A stretch of DNA of 64,000 nucleotides from an uncultured Acidimicrobiia bacterium. GTDB taxonomy: Bacteria > Actinomycetota > Acidimicrobiia > Spongiisociales > UBA5794. Numbering within the stretch: the first letter of the stretch is position 1; each line of letters begins with the position of its first letter. A program made the position numbers and the translations under genes. Under the pieces are notes generated by a model. It made no database searches, was not told the DNA's origin, and worked only from the letters and a program-made list of their open reading frames with translations. The stretch is taken from positions 179,041 through 243,040 of the forward strand of contig CAVWXP010000008.1 in the NCBI GenBank assembly GCA_963759175.1. The letters run 5' to 3'. Below, piece by piece: positions 58,368 through 64,000 of this stretch.

Positions 58368-61323
58368 CGCCCCGAGCCACCACCGCCAACTCAGCCTCGC
58401 GAGCATCGCCGAGACCCGCATCGATGGGGGCCGGTGGGACGCCCATGTCGGACTCTCCGGTCGACCCCGCCTGGTCGTCGGCGGCCCGGGCACGGGGAAG
58501 ACCGCGTTCCTGTGTGACACGATCGTGGCCGCCGTCGATGGCGGCTTCGGACCCGAGGAGATCCTCGCCCTGTGCTTCTCGCGCCGCGGCGTCGACGACG
58601 TCAGGACCCGCCTCGGGGCGTCGTTGGGATCCCGCGCCCAGCGCATCACCATCGCCACCTACCACTCGCTCGCGATGCGACTGGTCGAGGCGCACGCCGA
58701 GGATCTCGGATGGTCGGGACCCCCGATGATCCTCGCGGGCGCCGAGCAGGAACACCTCGTCGCCGAGCTGCTCGCCGAGGAGGATCCGACGCACTGGTCA
58801 CCGGCGTTCCGGTCGGTCCTCGCCTCCGACGTCATGGCCCACGAGGTCACCGATTTCGTGCTGCGGGCCTCGGAGCAACGGTTCAGCGCAGCCGACGTGG
58901 CCTCGCGGCGCCGAGCCGACTGGACCGGACTCGCCGCTTTCATCGATCGCTACCACGCGACGCTGCGCCAACGTCGCCAGGTCGACTACGGACTCCTCCT
59001 GACCGAGGCACTGCGAGTGCCATCCATCGTGCCCGAGGCGACCGGTGGATTCGAGCTCGTCGTCGCCGACGAGTACCAGGACACCTCTCCCGTCCAGGCA
59101 GACCTGCTGATGGCGTGTGCCCGCGAGGCGAGCGACCTCGTCGTGGCCGCCGATCCCTACCAATCGATCTATTCGTTCCGAGGAGCCGATGTCACCAATG
59201 TGTTCCGGTTCCCCGACGACGTCGCTGCGGCCCTCGACCGACCCGTCGAACGCGTGATCCTCACGACATCGTTCCGGGTTCCCACCGAGATCCTCGACGC
59301 CGCTGTCTCGTTGACGGCACGCGAGCTACCGGGTGGCGCGGGGAAGGTCCTCAGCACCCGCACCGGTGGCTCAGTGCGGTGCCACGAGTTCGCCACCATC
59401 GGCGAGGAGGCGGAGTGGATCGCAGGCGACATCGAGCGGATCCACCTCCTCGACGGCGTCGCACTGCCGCGCATCGCCGTGTTCATGCGATCCCAGGGAC
59501 CGTTCCTCGACGATCTCAGCCGTGCGTTCGACCGGCGCGGTGTCGCACACACACACGTCGACGATCGCCTCGTCGACGAGCCGATCGTCCGGTGCCTCCA
59601 CGACCTCGTCCGGGCGTGCGTCGACGATGACCCGACCCCCGCCCTTCGTCGGGTGCTGTCCGGACCGTTCTTCGCACTCCCCCACGGCCTCGTCGCGACC
59701 CTCCCCGAGGATCGGGCCGGATGGCAGGCATGGCTCGACGAGCGGGGGGAAGACCTCGCTCCTCTGGCCGGGATGCTCACCGACGCCACATGGTGCGCCA
59801 CCATGGCAGCGGACCGGGGCCTGTGGGAGGTGTGGACACGGCTCCCGCAGATGCAGAGGGTTGCACTCGACGAAGCCATGGCGCGGCACCGTCGCGCATG
59901 GAGCGAGTACACACGCGTGATCGGTCGAGCCGTCGAGCGTTCAGCCGCCACCACCCTCGAGGACCAGACCGAACTGGCATCCCACGTCGATTTCGAGGCC
60001 GATACTCCGGGGAACCACCGCTCCGGCGGTGTCGTCGTGGCGACACTGCATCGCGCCAAGGGAACGTCGTTCGATGCGGTCTACATCGCCCATGCCGTGG
60101 AGGGGGAACTCCCCGATCTGCGCACGCGCGACTCGCTGCTCGGCGTCCGTCACGTCAGCGGACACCTCCCCACCGCGACCTCCGACTACCTGGCGTTCCG
60201 GCTCGACGAGGAGCGGCGCCTCGCCTACACGGCCATGACCCGATCGACATCGCAGGTGACCTGGACGGCCACCGTCGCGAACGAACGTGGTTCGGGATCC
60301 GTACCGAGCAGGTTCATGCGTCTCGTCGGCCCGACGACGCCGCCGACCCACAACCATCGACCGTTGACCCCGAGGACCATGATCGCCCAGCTGCGCCGCA
60401 CGGCAGCCGACCCGACGGCGAGTCCCGTGGAGCGATTGGCGTCGCTCTCGATCATCGGACGCCACCTGCCGAACGGTGATCCGGCCTCCACGGGCGACGC
60501 CCTGGATCGCTACGGTGTGCGGGCGCCCGGGGACGATGCAGGGGCGATCCCCTCGTCGCTGCGCCTGTCCCCCAGCCAGGCGCAGTCCTATGACACGTGC
60601 CCGCGCCGCTATGTCGTCGAACGCCATGTCCTTCGCGGGGACGACGACTCCCCCTACCTCAAACTCGGCAACGTGGTGCACCACACCCTCGAACTCGCCG
60701 AACGTGAGGCCCGTGACGATGGCCGGGAACGCAGTCGGATCGTCGACGCACGACGCCACCTCGACGGCCTCTGGCCCGCCGCCGGCTTCCCCGATGACAA
60801 CGTGGGTTCAGCATGGCGACAGCGTGCCGAACGCATCCTCGACGCCCTCTACGCCGATTGGCCGACGAGCGGAGTGGTCGTCGATCTCGAACGACCCCTC
60901 ACGTCGACCATCGGCGGCATCCCGTGGACGGGCCGGGCCGACCGCATCGAGCGGCGGGGTGATTCACTCCACATCGTCGACTACAAGACGTCCGCCACCG
61001 CCGCCACGCACGATGACGCGGGACGCTCGCTCCAGCTCGGGTACTACGTGTGGGCGGCGATGCACGACGAGGATCTGACGAACGTGGGGTCCATCGAAGG
61101 CGCATCGTTCTGGTATCCCGCGGCGCCGCCCCGCAGGGATGGCATCGCCACGCGTTCGTTCGACATGGCGCAACTCCCCGACGTGGAGGAGCGCCTCGCA
61201 GTCATCGCCGCGTCGATCGGGGCCGAGGAGTTCCACGCAACGCCGAACAAGGACTGTGGCCGTTGCCCCGTCGCCTCGACCTGTCCCGCGTTCCCCGTCG
61301 GGTCGGAGGCGTTCGCCCCATGA
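58360..61323 (+). CDS. adnA: UvrD-like helicase-RecB nuclease, AdnA-like
   Basis: GGPGTGKT, DEYQD, DPYQSIYSFRGA, LHRAKG, YTAMTR; C-terminal DRI..IVDYKT and CxxC..C. Confidence 0.82.
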   Translation: MADAPSHHRQLSLASIAETRIDGGRWDAHVGLSGRPRLVVGGPGTGKTAFLCDTIVAAVDGGFGPEEILALCFSRRGVDDVRTRLGASLGSRAQRITIATYHSLAMRLVEAHAEDLGWSGPPMILAGAEQEHLVAELLAEEDPTHWSPAFRSVLASDVMAHEVTDFVLRASEQRFSAADVASRRRADWTGLAAFIDRYHATLRQRRQVDYGLLLTEALRVPSIVPEATGGFELVVADEYQDTSPVQADLLMACAREASDLVVAADPYQSIYSFRGADVTNVFRFPDDVAAALDRPVERVILTTSFRVPTEILDAAVSLTARELPGGAGKVLSTRTGGSVRCHEFATIGEEAEWIAGDIERIHLLDGVALPRIAVFMRSQGPFLDDLSRAFDRRGVAHTHVDDRLVDEPIVRCLHDLVRACVDDDPTPALRRVLSGPFFALPHGLVATLPEDRAGWQAWLDERGEDLAPLAGMLTDATWCATMAADRGLWEVWTRLPQMQRVALDEAMARHRRAWSEYTRVIGRAVERSAATTLEDQTELASHVDFEADTPGNHRSGGVVVATLHRAKGTSFDAVYIAHAVEGELPDLRTRDSLLGVRHVSGHLPTATSDYLAFRLDEERRLAYTAMTRSTSQVTWTATVANERGSGSVPSRFMRLVGPTTPPTHNHRPLTPRTMIAQLRRTAADPTASPVERLASLSIIGRHLPNGDPASTGDALDRYGVRAPGDDAGAIPSSLRLSPSQAQSYDTCPRRYVVERHVLRGDDDSPYLKLGNVVHHTLELAEREARDDGRERSRIVDARRHLDGLWPAAGFPDDNVGSAWRQRAERILDALYADWPTSGVVVDLERPLTSTIGGIPWTGRADRIERRGDSLHIVDYKTSATAATHDDAGRSLQLGYYVWAAMHDEDLTNVGSIEGASFWYPAAPPRRDGIATRSFDMAQLPDVEERLAVIAASIGAEEFHATPNKDCGRCPVASTCPAFPVGSEAFAP

Positions 61324-64000
61324 CGTGGTTCATCCCCACACCCGAGCAAGCGGCGGTCATCGACCATCCCCGAACCCCGCTGCGCATATCGGCCGGTGCC
61401 GGCACCGGCAAGACGACGACGATCGTCCAGCGCCTCGCACGCGTGGTCTCCGCCGGCGGCGACCCGTCGCGCGCCCTTGGCATCACCTTCACCAACAAGG
61501 CGGCCGACGAGCTGCGCGAGCGACTCCACGAGGCGGTCCCACCGGACCCCGGGGGTCGGGAGATCGAGGTGGCGACCTACCACTCGTTCGCAGCCGGCAT
61601 CCTCGATGAGTTCGGCGCACGGGACGGCTATCGCGGCGGCGCCGGACTCATGGATGAGGGTCACCGGTTCGAGCTCGCCGGGAGGGTGCTGCGAAACCTC
61701 GACACCGATGCCCTGGACCTCACGAAGATCCCCAGCCTCCGCAAGGATGTCCTCGCCCTCGCCGATGCGCTCAATGACAACCTCCTCGACGCCGCCGACG
61801 TCCGCCGTCTGGCGCCTGTGGATCCCGATGAGACGTGGACGCGACGCCTCGCCCTGCTGGAGGCTGCCGAGCGCTTCCATGAAGCCAAGGACCACCTCCA
61901 GATGGTGGAGTACAGCGACCTCATCCGTCGAGCCGTGGAACTCGTCGAACGCCACACCGTGGTGGCCGACGAGATCACGGCCCGCTACGACACGGTCCTC
62001 CTCGACGAGTACCAGGACACCGACCGTGCGCAACGGCGCCTCCTCTCCCGCCTCTTCGCCGGGGGGACGGCCGTCACCGCCGTCGGCGATGCCGATCAGA
62101 CGATCTACGAGTGGCGCGGGGCATCGCTCCAGAACTTCGAGGGATTCCCCCTCGATTTCCCGCTCGACGACGGTCGGCCGGCTCCCACCTTGCCGCTTTC
62201 GGTCAACCGCCGATCGGACCGCGCCATCATCGACCTCGCCAACGTCGTACGGAAGCAGCTGCCAACGATCGACGGAGCCTCCGATCTGGTCCCACGTGCG
62301 GGGGCTGCGAAGGGTTCCGTCGTCACGGCGTGGTTCTCCACGGAGCAGGACGAAGCCATCTGGATCGCGGAGCAGGCCATCGACAGGCACGAGGAGGGGG
62401 TTCCGTTCGCGGAGATGGCAGTGTTGTGCCGACGCCGGGACAGCCTGCGGGTCGTCGCCGATGCCTTCCGGTCCACGGGCGTGCCCTTCTCGATCGCGTC
62501 GATGAGCGACCTGCTCGAGATCCCCGAGGTCGCGGACCTCGTGGCGTGGCTGCGCGTCCTCGCCGATCCGGGCAACGACCCCGCAGCGATGCGCATCCTG
62601 GTTGGGGGTCGCTACCGCCTCGGTCTCGGCGACCTCGCCCGGATGCGACGTGACACCGGAGCGGATCGCACGACGGGCCTGGTCGACGTCGTGTACCGGG
62701 CGACACAGGACGCGGATGCCGACGTGGCAGGGTCTCCCCCGGACGCGACACGGGCATTCGTCGCCCTCCACCGGGACCTGTACGCATATGCCCAGGCTGC
62801 CTCCGTGGCTGCGATCATCGACACCGTCATCGATCGACTCGACTACTGGTCAGAGGTGGCAGCCCTTCCCCGCCATCGAGCCGTGACCGCACGGCTCAAC
62901 ATCACCCGGTTCGTGGATCTGGCCCACCGGTGGCGGCCCCTCGACGGCGGTGGATCGCTCGCCGGCTTCCTTCGCTACCTCGACGCCCTGGCCGAACCCG
63001 GGCGGGCGGAGGAACTCGATGCAGCCGAGCCACCGAGCGACGATGCCGTCATGCTGCTCACGGCACACGGGGCCAAGGGGCTCGAATGGTCCGACGTGTA
63101 CCTCCCCGACCTTGCCCGCAACGTGTTCCCGTCACGCGTCCACAGCTACTTCGAGCCGCTGACGTCGGCCGTGGCGCTTCCCTATGACCTCAGGCTCGAC
63201 GCCGAGTCGATGAACGACGTCGCCGCGCTCGATGACACCGATGCGCGCAAGGCGCTGTTGAAGGTGCGTCACGACCACCAGGAGTGGAGGTTGGCGTATG
63301 TCGCCGTCACCAGGGCGAAGCATCGGTTGTGCCTCACGGGACACGCATGGCACGGCGACAACAAACGACCCCGCGAACCCAGTCCATTCCTCGAGATGGC
63401 CCGACAGCTTCCCGGCAGTGAGGCAGGCCCCACGATCGACGATCCTCGAACGCGTCCCGAACCACGTCCATTCACCCCTCCACCGGAACCGCCGGATCCG
63501 CTCTTCCCCGATGGTTGGGCGGATGCGTTCCGACGCACGGTGCGCGATCCTGCGTGGATGGAACGCGATCACGAAGACCTCAACGACGCCGTCCGTCGTC
63601 GCTCGTCCCAACTCGCATTGGAGCTCGCAGACCTGGCCGTACCCGTGCCGGGCGACATCGACGAGCCCTTCGCGACCTCCGTCACGAGCCTCGTCGCCCT
63701 CGCTGAATGCCCCTTGAAGTTCCGATGGATCCATCACGATCGTATGCCACGCCGACCCCGCTCATCGGCGAGGCGGGGTACCGAGTTCCACCGCAGGGTC
63801 GAGTTGCACAACGTCGGTGTCGTGACCCTCCACGATGCGACCGACGTCACCTACGACACCGCCGGCGATGACAGCGACGATGCCGCCGGGGATCGGGGCC
63901 CGATGCATGACCCGTGGGACGCCTTCGCTGCGTCACGTTTCCACGACCTGCGGCCAGACCTCGTGGAGACGCCGTTCGAGATCGTCTTCGAGGGTCGCAC
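61320..64000 (+). CDS. adnB: UvrD-like helicase-nuclease, AdnB-like (3' truncated by window)
   Basis: Manual translation: AGAGTGKT, ITFTNKAA, LLDEYQDT, VGDADQTIYEWRGA, TAHGAKGLEW, AYVAVTRAK, ECPLKF. Confidence 0.85.
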   Translation, partial: MTWFIPTPEQAAVIDHPRTPLRISAGAGTGKTTTIVQRLARVVSAGGDPSRALGITFTNKAADELRERLHEAVPPDPGGREIEVATYHSFAAGILDEFGARDGYRGGAGLMDEGHRFELAGRVLRNLDTDALDLTKIPSLRKDVLALADALNDNLLDAADVRRLAPVDPDETWTRRLALLEAAERFHEAKDHLQMVEYSDLIRRAVELVERHTVVADEITARYDTVLLDEYQDTDRAQRRLLSRLFAGGTAVTAVGDADQTIYEWRGASLQNFEGFPLDFPLDDGRPAPTLPLSVNRRSDRAIIDLANVVRKQLPTIDGASDLVPRAGAAKGSVVTAWFSTEQDEAIWIAEQAIDRHEEGVPFAEMAVLCRRRDSLRVVADAFRSTGVPFSIASMSDLLEIPEVADLVAWLRVLADPGNDPAAMRILVGGRYRLGLGDLARMRRDTGADRTTGLVDVVYRATQDADADVAGSPPDATRAFVALHRDLYAYAQAASVAAIIDTVIDRLDYWSEVAALPRHRAVTARLNITRFVDLAHRWRPLDGGGSLAGFLRYLDALAEPGRAEELDAAEPPSDDAVMLLTAHGAKGLEWSDVYLPDLARNVFPSRVHSYFEPLTSAVALPYDLRLDAESMNDVAALDDTDARKALLKVRHDHQEWRLAYVAVTRAKHRLCLTGHAWHGDNKRPREPSPFLEMARQLPGSEAGPTIDDPRTRPEPRPFTPPPEPPDPLFPDGWADAFRRTVRDPAWMERDHEDLNDAVRRRSSQLALELADLAVPVPGDIDEPFATSVTSLVALAECPLKFRWIHHDRMPRRPRSSARRGTEFHRRVELHNVGVVTLHDATDVTYDTAGDDSDDAAGDRGPMHDPWDAFAASRFHDLRPDLVETPFEIVFEGR

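Overview
High-GC actinobacterial chromosome segment; gene content and order suggest Acidimicrobiia or a relative (inference). It is mostly core genes: dxr(partial)-cdsA-frr-pyrH-tsf-rpsB, whiG-xerC-dprA-comM, yraN-lepB-rplS-trmD, rimM-khpA-rpsP-ffh, upp-deoA-punA, etfBA, cdd-ftsY-smc-rnc-plsX-rpmF-coaD-rsmD-recG-rpmB, ddl, fabI, rlmD and adnAB. Accessory blocks are a secreted S1 protease cassette bounded by a duplicated gene junction (9.3-12.4 kb) and a ~12 kb block (TetR, ABC transporter, cofGH, lipoproteins, icmF) that splits rimM from trmD. The most striking unexplained signal is a pair of related, tetraloop-rich, apparently non-coding minus-strand RNA units (~280 nt at 55.9-56.2 kb and ~400 nt at 57.0-57.4 kb). 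Each has a promoter-like -35/-10, an identically spaced CGCGAAAAC direct-repeat pair and a related terminator. They flank a lipoprotein gene and sit just upstream of a RecB-nuclease/AdnAB operon. No CRISPR array, rRNA, tRNA or transposase was seen. All family assignments come from motif recognition by eye; no database search was run.
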